Shown in pieces: positions 8,284 through 17,454 of a DNA stretch of 32,000 nucleotides. The DNA is from Opitutales bacterium (GTDB lineage Bacteria; Verrucomicrobiota; Verrucomicrobiia; Opitutales; Coraliomargaritaceae). The notes under the pieces are model-generated. The model did no database searches. It saw only the letters and a program-made list of their open reading frames with translations, and had not been told where the DNA came from. The stretch lies in contig JBMYVL010000005.1 in NCBI GenBank assembly GCA_049606355.1, positions 60,001 to 92,000 of the forward strand, written 5' to 3'. Position 1 is the stretch's first letter. Every line of letters starts with the position of its first letter. The position numbers and the translations under genes were made by a program.

Positions 8284-8949
8284 ATGAACTTCCTCATACT
8301 TATTATTGTACCACTCCTCGTCGGGCTCTGGGCTCAGATGAAAGTTAAAAGTGCCTACGGCAAGTACGTACAGGTCCCCTCGCGCGGGCGCATCAACGGG
8401 CGCGAAGCTGCGGATGCAGTGATGCGCAGCGCGGGCATCCACGATGTCGAAATCGTCGAATGCCACGGCACCCTGACCGATCATTACGATCCGACCCACA
8501 AGCGCTTGGCGCTGAGCCGCGAGAACTACCGCGGCACCAGCCTCGCCGCCCTGGGCGTCGCTGCCCACGAGGCCGGCCACGCCATCCAGCACAAGCAAGC
8601 CTACGCGCCACTGAATCTGCGTATGGCGCTGGTGCCGATCACCAGCTTTGCGTCACAACTGCTGCCGATGGTCATGTTTGGCGGATTCTTTTTTGGCGGC
8701 TTCGGGCCACTGCTGCTCAATATCGGCATTGGCGTCTACCTGGTCTTGACGGTCTTTCAATTGGTAACGCTCCCGGTTGAGTTTGATGCCAGCAAGCGCG
8801 CCAAGGCGCAACTCGTCGGACTCGGCATCATCGAAGCGGATGAGCTCGATGGGGTGAACCGCACACTGGACGCCGCCGCCTACACCTATGTGGCCGCGTT
8901 CGTTTCGAGTCTGGGCTGGTTGCTCTACCTGCTCGCCTCACGCCGCTAA
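8284..8949 (+). CDS. Membrane zinc metallopeptidase, YugP-like (Zn_peptidase_2 family)
   Basis: ATG at 8284 (MNFLILIIVPLLVGLWAQ...) gives a 221-aa protein. HEAGHAIQH (HExxH), hydrophobic C-terminal segments, and overall resemblance to the B. subtilis YugP family. Confidence 0.8.
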   Translation: MNFLILIIVPLLVGLWAQMKVKSAYGKYVQVPSRGRINGREAADAVMRSAGIHDVEIVECHGTLTDHYDPTHKRLALSRENYRGTSLAALGVAAHEAGHAIQHKQAYAPLNLRMALVPITSFASQLLPMVMFGGFFFGGFGPLLLNIGIGVYLVLTVFQLVTLPVEFDASKRAKAQLVGLGIIEADELDGVNRTLDAAAYTYVAAFVSSLGWLLYLLASRR

Positions 8950-8972
8950 GCCCACGCAAACGACCTTCCCCG

Positions 8973-9006
8973 GACCCCGAACCGCTGTGGTTCGGGGTCT
9001 TTTTTT
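8973..9006 (+). terminator. Rho-independent terminator after the Zn-peptidase gene
   Basis: GACCCCGAAC (8973-8982) pairs with GTTCGGGGTC (8990-8999) around a 7-nt loop. A run of seven T (9000-9006) follows immediately. Confidence 0.85.
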
Positions 9007-9071
9007 ACCAATCTTTAGTAAATTTACCGTCGCGCTGGCATCCGCCTTTGCCCTTAAATGGCCTCCGTCGT

Positions 9072-10313
9072 ATGCCTAGCCCCCGTCAGCTTTTCACCTA
9101 CCCCCTGCTCGGCCTCGTCCTGCTGCTGCCGCCGGCCGCGCACGCGCTCATCCTTTACAGCGGCGACAATGCCGCCAACCAAAGCGCACCGGACGCCGCC
9201 TACGGCGGCGCTGCAGTGTTTAATGCGGTGGGTCGTGTGACAAACACCAGCGGCAGCGCAACGAATGGCAGTGCCGTGCACCTCACCGGCAAGTACGTCC
9301 TGACCGCCAATCACAACAACGGCTTACACGCCTTCGAATTTAATACAACGATCTATCTTCGAGATACCTCCTTCGCGCCGGTAAGGATCGGCAGCAGCGA
9401 CATGAAGCTAGTCAAACTCATCGACGATCCGGGCCTGGCAGACACGCCCCTGTATACCGGCACTAGCGAGACGCCCACCGGGCCGTTCTGGAACCGACAG
9501 TACACCAGCGCGACTTTGGTGGGTTGGGGTCGGGGTCGGGATCCGGCGGACAACAGCGGCCCGACCTGGACTTGGGGGAACGATACGACCATCGCGAAAC
9601 GATGGGGGCGCAATCAAATTGAAGGTGCCACAAGCGCCAACTACTCGATCAACAACATCGCGTACAGCTACACCGCCTTATACACCTCGCTCAGTACAAA
9701 CAGCGGAGACATTGAGGCCGCTTCCACTTATTACGATTCCGGATCGGGCTTATTTATTGAGGATGCGGGTACTTGGAAACTCGCCGGATTAACGACCTCG
9801 GTCGAGACCTTCGGTTCGTCAACCTTTGCTTCGAGCGGGGGTGACCAAAATAATTTCGTGCGGATTTCGACCTATGCCGCGGCGATTCAGGCAGCGATTC
9901 CGGACCTCAGCGTCTACGACGACTGGCTCATCGACCACGGCCTCTACAACGCGGCCGCGCTGGCGACCGCAGATACCGATTTCGATGGCATGCCACAACT
10001 GCTTGAGTTTGCCCTCGGGGGTGACCCCAACGCAGCCGACAGCAGTCTCCTCCCTACACAACAGATTGTCGACGAGAACGGCGCGAGCTACCTGGAAATC
10101 CACTTCACCCGCCCACAAGGGCTGACAGGCATCAGTTACGCCGCCCAAACAACCAGCGACCTCGGCAATTGGCCCAGTGACAGCAGCGGTGTCGACGCGC
10201 CCACCCTTGTCAACAATGGCGACGGCAGCGAAACCGTACGCTACCGGCGCAGCCTGCCCCTTGGCAGCGCAGAGAAGGCCTTCCTCCGCATCGTAGTCAG
10301 CACGCAGCCATAA
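9072..10313 (+). CDS. Secreted trypsin-like (S1 family) serine peptidase with C-terminal Asp-rich repeat and beta-rich tail domain
   Basis: ATG 9072 gives the signal peptide [25 protein letters not shown]. Catalytic-triad contexts: His in YVLTANHN, Asp in SSDMKLVKL, Ser in YYDSGSGLF (cf. GDSGGP). The C-terminus carries [19 protein letters not shown] plus an approximately 90-aa tail ending [10 protein letters not shown]. Confidence 0.75.
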   Translation: MPSPRQLFTYPLLGLVLLLPPAAHALILYSGDNAANQSAPDAAYGGAAVFNAVGRVTNTSGSATNGSAVHLTGKYVLTANHNNGLHAFEFNTTIYLRDTSFAPVRIGSSDMKLVKLIDDPGLADTPLYTGTSETPTGPFWNRQYTSATLVGWGRGRDPADNSGPTWTWGNDTTIAKRWGRNQIEGATSANYSINNIAYSYTALYTSLSTNSGDIEAASTYYDSGSGLFIEDAGTWKLAGLTTSVETFGSSTFASSGGDQNNFVRISTYAAAIQAAIPDLSVYDDWLIDHGLYNAAALATADTDFDGMPQLLEFALGGDPNAADSSLLPTQQIVDENGASYLEIHFTRPQGLTGISYAAQTTSDLGNWPSDSSGVDAPTLVNNGDGSETVRYRRSLPLGSAEKAFLRIVVSTQP

Positions 10314-10359
10314 AGGCTTGACGCGGGAAAGGCCGCAGCGCTTGATGCACAGCCTTCAA

Positions 10360-10440
<81 letters not shown>

Positions 10441-10667
10441 TTTGAAGGTTCGCCATGCGAAACGCAGCCAGGGACGCTTGGCCCCCAGAGATCTGGGCTC
10501 GCGAGCCAGCAGGTTGAACGCAGCAGCTTAGCAACAGACCTTGCGTCTCGAAGCGGCGCAGATAGCCACGAAAGGCCCGCAGGCAGCCAGCGAAGTGTTT
10601 CGGGAATCCGGCAAACAAGAATAATGCGGGTGGGCGGTTGCGCTTGAGCCTTTCGTTGCCGCGGGAC

Positions 10668-12863
10668 TCAATCCGGCCACAACAAGCGCAGTTGAAAAAA
10701 GCGGTCGCCCGTCGACTCGATCGGCACCGAAAGCTCCCCGGCCCAGGCATCGGCTTCGAGCTCGCCCGCATACAACTCGAAGGGAGCACTCAGGGCATCG
10801 GCGGCAAACACCTCGTACACTCGCCCTTGCGAACTCGGCCATTGTAACTTCAACACACCCGCATCGGACGTGGAGGGACGAACACTCAGACGGAATGCGG
10901 ATCCAGCATCCCGAGGGTCGGTACCGGCACGGAACTCCCAGAGGTCTGCGGTACCGTCTCCATCAAAGTCGGAAAGTGCATTGACCTGATTGAGGCCGCC
11001 GAGCGCCAACTCGAACCAATCGGGAACTGCATCGCCGTCGCTATCCATCGCCGCGCCCAGATTGAGTCGGCCGGAGGTGGCCACACGCCCGCTTAAAGCG
11101 CTTTGGGCATCCAAGGCGCTGTACAGCCGCTGCGTGCGTTCGGTCATGCTGTCTTCGGGAAAGTGGCGGGCCAATTCGGCGATGGCGCCGGCTACCATCG
11201 GGGCTGCCATCGACGTGCCACTGAGCAGGCCATAGGCTCCTGTCTCCAGCATCTGCACAGAAAGGGTCAACGAGCTGCCCGTACCGGCGAAGGGCTGTAA
11301 GGCAAGCCCGGCATTGCGCGACAGTGCCACGCTCGGGATCCATCCGTCCGGATAGCGCAGCGTGCCGCTAAACGTGCTATCGGGCATGGTGCTGTCGTTG
11401 TTATAGATGACCGCGCCGACGGCTCCAGCATTCATCGCATTGCGCACTTTCTCCGAGAAATAAAAGCTGCCCCGCTCAATGAGTGCGATATTGCCGACAA
11501 CCTCTGCAGGAAAATCCGCGGGCGAGCCACCTAAGCCACAGTCAATATAAGGCCGCGTCAGACCTTCCGCCAGTCCGGAAAACTCCATAAACTCGGAGCT
11601 GTAGCTGACGTCACCCACTGCCACCGAAGCGGTATAGCTCGCCACCAGGGTTGATAGAATGCGATCGCCCGGTGCAGCCATATCCACCGAGCTTGAACCG
11701 AAGTTGGAAAAATCGGCGAGCGTCTCGCGGCTGTCGGTCGCCGCTACGGAGATCACATTCGGGCTTGGGTAGTTCGCCGGATAAGACGCGACCGTATCGT
11801 TGTCGACCGCCTCATTGCCGGCGGCCGCGGTAAAAATCACACCGAGATCGGCGAGCGCATCCATCGCGTTTTTTTCAGACTGGCTAAAAGAAGGCCCGCC
11901 ATAGGAGCCGTTGACGACCACCACTGGCACCCCGCGTGCGACCATCTGCGCCACATAATCCATCGCTGCGATAACTGCGCTGACCGTCAGGCCATCGCCG
12001 CTGTCGGCCTTCAGGATCATCAGGCGAGCCTTCGAGATGCCTGCAATCCCCAGCGAATTCTCACTCTCAGCCGCGGCGATTCCGGCAACATGGGTGCCGT
12101 GATCAATCGCGCTATTAAAAGCGTCGAGATCGGAAGGATCGTTGTCGCCAAATGCAAAATCCCAGCCGATGAGGTCGTCGACGAATCCGTTTCCATCGTC
12201 GTCGCGATCATTGCCGGGGATTTCCCCAGGGTTGCGCCACAGGCGGTTCCGTAGGTCCGCATGCATGACATCCATGCCGCTATCGATAATTGCGATCACC
12301 ACGGCCTCGTCATCCCCGCGGGCGAGTCGGCGCGCCTCTCCCCAGGCAATGTCTGCACCGGGCACACCGGCTACGCCACCGACCGACTGCCCGCTGTTGC
12401 GAAGCGCCCACTGCTCGGCGTAACGCGGGTCGTTCGGCGCTTCACGCAGCTGCCTCCTGCGGATGTAGTTGGGTTCCGCAAACGCAATGCGGCTGTCGTT
12501 CGACAGCGCTTCAAGGATGGCTGCGGTCGAGCGGGACGAATCGCGCAGGTGCAGCAGCCGCGTGCCGCAAGCACTGCGCAGGTGGTCAAAGCGTGTTCCG
12601 ATGACGCAGTTTGCGAAGCCCTCTTCTGCAGAGAGGCTTTGCCGAAAATCAGGACAGAGGCCCACCAGTACCTCCCCCGCCACAAAATCAGCCGCCGCCA
12701 ACGAGCTCGCATAGCAGAAGAACATCCCTGCCAAGCAAGCCGAAAGGCGACCGGATGTGCTCGCGAGCCAGCGCGAGGAATCGCCCGCGCGTCTGGGCGG
12801 AGGCGAGGTCCTTTTGCGAGGCTGGTAGGAGTAAATAAACACCAACGCCGCACAAAATAGCAA
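10668..12863 (-). CDS. Secreted subtilisin-like (S8 family) serine peptidase with PA-domain insertion and C-terminal Asp-rich repeats
   Basis: Catalytic contexts: Asp in VIAIIDSGMDVMHADL, His in DHGTHVAGIAAAE, Ser in LSGTSMAAPMVAGAI. PA-domain-like GNIALIERGSFYFSEKVRNAMNAGAVGAVIYNN. The C-terminus has DSDGDAVPDWFELALGG and SDFDGDGTADLWEFRAGTDP, then a tail ending FFQLRLLWPD. The start is uncertain: TTG at 12863, other candidates TTG/GTG 12845/12842 and ATG 12725. Confidence 0.85.
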   Translation of the reverse strand: MLFCAALVFIYSYQPRKRTSPPPRRAGDSSRWLASTSGRLSACLAGMFFCYASSLAAADFVAGEVLVGLCPDFRQSLSAEEGFANCVIGTRFDHLRSACGTRLLHLRDSSRSTAAILEALSNDSRIAFAEPNYIRRRQLREAPNDPRYAEQWALRNSGQSVGGVAGVPGADIAWGEARRLARGDDEAVVIAIIDSGMDVMHADLRNRLWRNPGEIPGNDRDDDGNGFVDDLIGWDFAFGDNDPSDLDAFNSAIDHGTHVAGIAAAESENSLGIAGISKARLMILKADSGDGLTVSAVIAAMDYVAQMVARGVPVVVVNGSYGGPSFSQSEKNAMDALADLGVIFTAAAGNEAVDNDTVASYPANYPSPNVISVAATDSRETLADFSNFGSSSVDMAAPGDRILSTLVASYTASVAVGDVSYSSEFMEFSGLAEGLTRPYIDCGLGGSPADFPAEVVGNIALIERGSFYFSEKVRNAMNAGAVGAVIYNNDSTMPDSTFSGTLRYPDGWIPSVALSRNAGLALQPFAGTGSSLTLSVQMLETGAYGLLSGTSMAAPMVAGAIAELARHFPEDSMTERTQRLYSALDAQSALSGRVATSGRLNLGAAMDSDGDAVPDWFELALGGLNQVNALSDFDGDGTADLWEFRAGTDPRDAGSAFRLSVRPSTSDAGVLKLQWPSSQGRVYEVFAADALSAPFELYAGELEADAWAGELSVPIESTGDRFFQLRLLWPD

Positions 12864-12931
12864 AGCCCGCAGAACGCAACTGCATCTGCGGCGGCGCGCA
12901 TCACGGCGAGAGCTGTCGTGCGCAGGCGAGA

Positions 12932-13810
12932 TTAATCACTCGCCAGTTGTAGGGAGCGGGCCAGCTTGGCATCTGTGGCATAGCACACCCCGCAATGGTT
13001 CATAAAGGTATCCCCGGGGCGGTTGAGCTCGAGGCGCTGCCCTGCAAAATCACGCGCAAAGGCGCCCGCTTCGTTGAACAGGCAAGCGGTGGCCGCAAAA
13101 TCCCAAGCGGCTCCCCCTCCGCGCGCAGGCTTGGGTTTCTTGAAGTACAGCGCGGGCGGATGCTCGAGGACGGCACAGGCATTGAGCACCGCCCCGCCAC
13201 CAATCGTGAGAACGGCGCCGGAGTAGCCAAGCTGGGTTGCGCGTCGCTGCAAATCCGCACTGACTGCGGCCCGATCGGGATCGTCAGCGAAGGTGCAGTC
13301 ACCATAAACGTGCAGCCTTGCGTTTGCTGGCGGAGCCTTGGGGGCGAGCCATGCGCTGCCGTTGATCTGTATCCCGCCCCCACGCACGGCACGGTAGAGG
13401 CGTTGGCGCACCGGATCATAGATCACACCGAGCATCGGCTCGCCATCCCGCCGCACCAGCGCGATCGAAACGCCGTAGCCGGGAATTCCCTGCGTAAAGG
13501 GCAAGGTACCGTCCAGTGGATCGATGCACCAAAAATAATCTTTCACGAGGCGGCTGCCATCGTCGGCCAACTCCTCCGTCAGCAAGGCCAAGTCGTAGGC
13601 CGCAAAACTCGGCGCCAGCTCCTCGAGGATGAGCGCCTGTGCCTGCGCGTCGACCTCGGTGACCACCTGCGAGGCAAGCGAGTCGCCGCCCGCTTTGTAG
13701 CGGACCTCGAGCTCTTGTTGGCTGCTGCGCGCAATGAGCTCACCGGCACGTAAGGCAGCCTGCTCGGCACGATCCGCCAGCGCGTGTACCTGTGTCAGGT
13801 CCAGTTTCAT
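12932..13810 (-). CDS. Inositol-monophosphatase-family phosphatase (IMPase/CysQ-like)
   Basis: Family motifs: [37 protein letters not shown], and C-terminal [17 protein letters not shown]. The start overlaps the upstream gene's stop (ATGA, 13807-13810). Confidence 0.8.
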   Translation of the reverse strand: MKLDLTQVHALADRAEQAALRAGELIARSSQQELEVRYKAGGDSLASQVVTEVDAQAQALILEELAPSFAAYDLALLTEELADDGSRLVKDYFWCIDPLDGTLPFTQGIPGYGVSIALVRRDGEPMLGVIYDPVRQRLYRAVRGGGIQINGSAWLAPKAPPANARLHVYGDCTFADDPDRAAVSADLQRRATQLGYSGAVLTIGGGAVLNACAVLEHPPALYFKKPKPARGGGAAWDFAATACLFNEAGAFARDFAGQRLELNRPGDTFMNHCGVCYATDAKLARSLQLASD

Positions 13811-14799
13811 AAGCTCTCCTCCTGCAGCGATGTGATTACCGAGCGCGCCAGCGCTTCACTGTAGCCGTGCACCTTCCAGTGCCCGGGGCTCCAGCCTTTG
13901 AGGAAGCGATGGAAGTCCGTCCAGGCGATCGGATACAGCGCACGCCAATCGGCCTCCAGAGCATCCACGTCCACCGTCGGTTGTTTCTCGTAAACGGCAG
14001 TGCGCAGAGCCGCAAAATAGTCGTCCAACACCTGCGCCTCGGCTGCGGCACAGGCGGCTTCGTCGAAACAGCTGCCGACAAAGTACGCGAGGTCCTTCAT
14101 GCCACAGCCGCGACCCACGTATTGAAAATCCACCGCCGCCACCGCAGTGCCCTCCTGCGAAAAACAGAAATTCGCCAACTTGGCATCGCCGTGCACCAAG
14201 GTCTGGTAGGGGCTGTCCTTCAGCCGTGTGTCCAATACCTGCGCGACGGCGTGCAGATCGGGGTCTTCGGCCTGCAGGACCGCCAGCTCATCGGGGCGGG
14301 TTGCTAAGTGCCAGTAGCTACCCGTCTCCCAAAGCCCACTGCCCGCATTGCCCAGGAAGGTGGCATGAAAGGCGGCGAGCCACTGCACACAGGCCGCCAG
14401 TTCGGCAGCGCGAACTGCAGCCACTCGGCGCGGATAGCCTGCCGCATCCAAATCCTCCAGCACGATGATGACCGCCTCGCCGGCGCGCTCGACTGCGAGG
14501 CACTGCGGCACGCGAGCAGCGGCACTGCAGCGCGCCGCGTACTGCTGATACCAGTTCGTCTCGACCGCGTAGGACTGTAACTTGCGCTGATGCGCGCGGT
14601 CGGTATTCCAACCGCGCGGATGGCTGCGCGCCGCGGGCGGCGACACGTGCTTTACGATGACGGATTCGACCGGCGCGCCCAGCAGTTGGTAACGCACGAT
14701 GGCGCCATACCCGCTCCACAACTGCTGCAAGGTCTCGACCGCATGCGCCTCGCGGGCACCGGTCCGTTCCTGCAAAATCGACTCGATACGCTCTCGCAT
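13807..14799 (-). CDS. APH/choline-kinase-fold phosphotransferase (EcKinase/DUF1679-like), substrate unknown
   Basis: ATG at 14799 ([10 protein letters not shown]...); the ORF track start at 14835 is a TTG. Brenner-type catalytic loop [11 protein letters not shown], followed by [10 protein letters not shown] (metal-binding Asp). Confidence 0.7.
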   Translation of the reverse strand: MRERIESILQERTGAREAHAVETLQQLWSGYGAIVRYQLLGAPVESVIVKHVSPPAARSHPRGWNTDRAHQRKLQSYAVETNWYQQYAARCSAAARVPQCLAVERAGEAVIIVLEDLDAAGYPRRVAAVRAAELAACVQWLAAFHATFLGNAGSGLWETGSYWHLATRPDELAVLQAEDPDLHAVAQVLDTRLKDSPYQTLVHGDAKLANFCFSQEGTAVAAVDFQYVGRGCGMKDLAYFVGSCFDEAACAAAEAQVLDDYFAALRTAVYEKQPTVDVDALEADWRALYPIAWTDFHRFLKGWSPGHWKVHGYSEALARSVITSLQEESL

Positions 14800-14903
14800 G
14801 GTAGGACGGATAACCGCGCCCCGTGCGGATGTCAAAGGCCTGTGCCGCGCGCGACGCTTTTCACTTTCAAAAACAGCGGCCTTGGCATGGGATACTGCCC
14901 GCT

Positions 14904-16331
14904 ATGAACGCATCGCTCGAGACAGCCCTGTTTGGCAAGCATCCGACACCGCGCTTTGCGCGCCGCGGGCTGATGCTCGACATCAGCCGCAATCGAGTGC
15001 CGCGCCTGGCCTGGCTCCGCGAGCTAATCGATGCGCTCGCGACCCTGCGCTACAACGAGCTGCAACTCTATACCGAGCACACCTTCGCCTACCGCGAGCA
15101 TGCGAGTGTCTGGCACGAGGCCTCGCCACTGACCGCGGCTGAGATCCGTAGCCTCGATGCCTATTGTGCGGCGCGGGGCATTGAGCTGGTGCCCAATCAA
15201 AATTCATTTGGGCACATGGAGCGCTGGCTGCAACACGAGCGCTACCGCCAGCTCGCAGAATGCCCGGAAGGCTTTATCCATCCTGTTTCCGGAGAAGCCA
15301 AACCGCCGAGCACACTGCATCCCTGCGCCGAAAGTCTCGAGTTTATGGATGCGCTGTATGCGGAGCTGCTGCCCAATTTCGCATCGGCGCAATTACATGT
15401 CGGCGGCGATGAGCCCTGGGAGTTGGGTAAGGGCCGCAGCCGCGCCGCAGCGGAGCAGATCGGCCTAGCCCGCGTCTACCTCAACTACATGCAGGGGCTC
15501 TTCACGCGCGCGGAAAGACACGGAAAGCGGGCGCAGTTTTGGGCCGACATCATCCTGCAGCACCCGGAGCTGGTCGCGGAAATCCCGCCACAGGTCACCC
15601 CGGTCATTTGGGGCTACGAGGCCGACTCGCCCTTCGCGGAGCACTGCCGCGCCGTCGCTGCGGCTGGCTTTCGAAATCAATTCTACGTGGCACCCGGTGC
15701 GGGCAATTGGAACTCCTTCAGCGGCCGCCTCTCCGTAGCCCGCGCCAATATCCAACTTGCCGCCACACACGGCGCCGCGCACGGCGCGCAGGGCCTGTTG
15801 CTCACCGCTTGGGGCGACAATGGCCACCACCAGCCTTGGGTGAGCCTGTATCCCGCCCTCCTGCTTGCCGCCGCCGCGGCATGGGGAACGGAGCTCTCCG
15901 ATGGCGTACTGGCGCAGGGGATCGACCGGATCTTTTACCCCGAGCAGCCCGAGGGCAATGGGCAGGCGATCCTTGCGCTCGGGCAGATCGATGCGCAGCT
16001 CCCCCAGCCTGCGCCACCGAACAGTTTCCTACACAGCGCCTATTTTGCCAGCCCCCAAAAACTAGACGCGCTCCGCGAGCTCACGTCCGCGCAGAACTTG
16101 CAACTCGTAGCGGACCACTTGGCTGCCTTGCGCAGGGAGACGGACGCGCTCGATCCTGAAATCTCCCTCGCAATTGATTTCAATCAGGCTGCCCTCTTGC
16201 GCTGTTTGAAAACTCCGCTGGACGCGCGCGCGCAGGCGGACCTTCTGAATCGTTTCGCGGAGCTGTGGTTGCGCCGCAGTCGCCCCGGTGGCCTCGCCAC
16301 CAGTCTGGCTGCCTTAGAAGTACAGCACTAA
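14904..16331 (+). CDS. Glycoside hydrolase family 20-like (beta-N-acetylhexosaminidase family)
   Basis: ATG at 14904 (MNASLETALFGKH...). RGLMLDISRNRVP...YNELQLYTEHTF resembles the start of the GH20 TIM barrel. HVGGDEPWELG carries the catalytic D-E pair. No signal peptide is obvious. Confidence 0.7.
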   Translation: MNASLETALFGKHPTPRFARRGLMLDISRNRVPRLAWLRELIDALATLRYNELQLYTEHTFAYREHASVWHEASPLTAAEIRSLDAYCAARGIELVPNQNSFGHMERWLQHERYRQLAECPEGFIHPVSGEAKPPSTLHPCAESLEFMDALYAELLPNFASAQLHVGGDEPWELGKGRSRAAAEQIGLARVYLNYMQGLFTRAERHGKRAQFWADIILQHPELVAEIPPQVTPVIWGYEADSPFAEHCRAVAAAGFRNQFYVAPGAGNWNSFSGRLSVARANIQLAATHGAAHGAQGLLLTAWGDNGHHQPWVSLYPALLLAAAAAWGTELSDGVLAQGIDRIFYPEQPEGNGQAILALGQIDAQLPQPAPPNSFLHSAYFASPQKLDALRELTSAQNLQLVADHLAALRRETDALDPEISLAIDFNQAALLRCLKTPLDARAQADLLNRFAELWLRRSRPGGLATSLAALEVQH

Positions 16332-17360
16332 GGCATTGCGCCAGCGGACATCATCTTTGGCGGCGCCGTTGCCAACATCGCTGTCGTAATTTTGATCGTA
16401 CGAAAATTCCAAGCCGAACAAATCCGTCAGGCGCACACGCAACGCAGCGGTGAGCACGTAATTATAGTGGTTGGGATCCTCCGCATTGGAATAGTAATTA
16501 AACTTCTGCGATAAAGTTGTACGCGCAATCGGGCGCCATTTGAATTCCTGAAAAAGATTGAACACGCCGCTTTGCCCATCGCGAGCATCGCCGCCGTCGG
16601 TTTTAAAGTCTTCGACACCGAAACCACCCCCGAGGACCAGCTCCATCTTCGGCGAGATGCGATATTGATACCCCAGGCCGACGGATTCCTTGAGCTCGCG
16701 GTCGATCCCCTTGATGGCGTCGGTACGATAGCCGATGGCATTTTGAAAAAACCAATCGTTAGCAAACGTGCGGCGGTAGATCATCGTCGCATCATAGCGA
16801 TTCGTCGACACGTAGGTATCGCCATCGACACGTTGGTTACGGCGATAGCTGTAGGAGCCACTGTACCGGTAATAGTTCGGGCTGCCCTTGGCTTGGATCT
16901 CCAATTGCCCGCGCGCGAAATTTTCCGTCCATTTTTTATCGCCCGTACTGACGTTGAGGCCGAGGCGCAGCTGCCCCTTCCAGGAATCCGGAGTCTGGAT
17001 CGCCTTCAGCTGCTGCAAGGCGGCCTCGCCGGCGCGGTTGGCAGCCGCGATCGTCACCGGTGACTTCGCGACGGGAGGTGCTGCGGCGGGTACGGTCGAC
17101 ACCGCTGCCGCATGCGCTTCGATCGCCACCACCGCCGTACGCGGCAGCTTCAATTCGCCCAACACCTGCGACTTTAAATACAAGCTTTGCGCATCGGACT
17201 GCGGCAGGACTTCGCCGATCAACTGCTCCCCTGAGCTCAAGCGGACCGATTGCAGCGCGCCATCCAAACTGGCAAGCGAGCACCAGAAAACCCCAAGCAA
17301 GCACCAGATGCGGCGCTGCGCACCGCGTGTAAAACAGGATAATTTGAATGGCTTCGTCAT
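16314..17360 (-). CDS. DUF481-like outer-membrane beta-barrel protein
   Basis: ATG at 17360 (MTKPFKLS...IWCLLGVFWCSLASLDGA signal-like); the longer ORF to 17600 would overlap the rny 3' end. WKGQLRLGLNVSTGDKKW... is followed by alternating Tyr/Gly-rich strands. C-terminal ...RNALVLYF ends in Phe. The N-terminal soluble segment VRLSSGEQLIGEVL resembles that seen in many DUF481 proteins. Confidence 0.6.
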   Translation of the reverse strand: MTKPFKLSCFTRGAQRRIWCLLGVFWCSLASLDGALQSVRLSSGEQLIGEVLPQSDAQSLYLKSQVLGELKLPRTAVVAIEAHAAAVSTVPAAAPPVAKSPVTIAAANRAGEAALQQLKAIQTPDSWKGQLRLGLNVSTGDKKWTENFARGQLEIQAKGSPNYYRYSGSYSYRRNQRVDGDTYVSTNRYDATMIYRRTFANDWFFQNAIGYRTDAIKGIDRELKESVGLGYQYRISPKMELVLGGGFGVEDFKTDGGDARDGQSGVFNLFQEFKWRPIARTTLSQKFNYYSNAEDPNHYNYVLTAALRVRLTDLFGLEFSYDQNYDSDVGNGAAKDDVRWRNALVLYF

Positions 17361-17454
17361 GACCGTGCCGAGCAACTCAACCAATCTCCTATAAAAGTAA
17401 ACGAAGAAACCGACTGCGCAGGAAAATCGTCGTAAACGGCTACGCTTTGGGTGC

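Noticed and set aside
7996-8598. 200-aa minus-strand ORF spanning the thioredoxin-gene 5' end and the Zn-peptidase gene
   Set aside because: It conflicts with two well-supported genes (CxxC thioredoxin fold; HExxH YugP-like peptidase) and has no signature of its own.
10484-10507. Adjacent GC-rich palindromes CCCAGAGATCTGGG and GGCTCGCGAGCC downstream of tRNA-Pro
   Set aside because: They are short, have no T-tract and are not repeated elsewhere in the window. They are most simply local secondary structure at the tRNA 3' flank, not a mobile-element end or REP family.
12995-13753. 252-aa plus-strand ORF antisense to the IMPase-family gene (also 13000-13419 on the minus strand in another frame)
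   Set aside because: It lies entirely inside a gene with clear IMPase motifs. The translation has no motif and a low-complexity Arg/Gly/Ala composition, so it is a shadow ORF.
15539-16159. 206-aa alternative-frame plus-strand ORF inside the GH20-like gene
   Set aside because: Its Arg/Pro/Gly-rich translation is typical of an off-frame reading of GC-rich coding DNA. The GH20 frame carries the GGDE catalytic motif.
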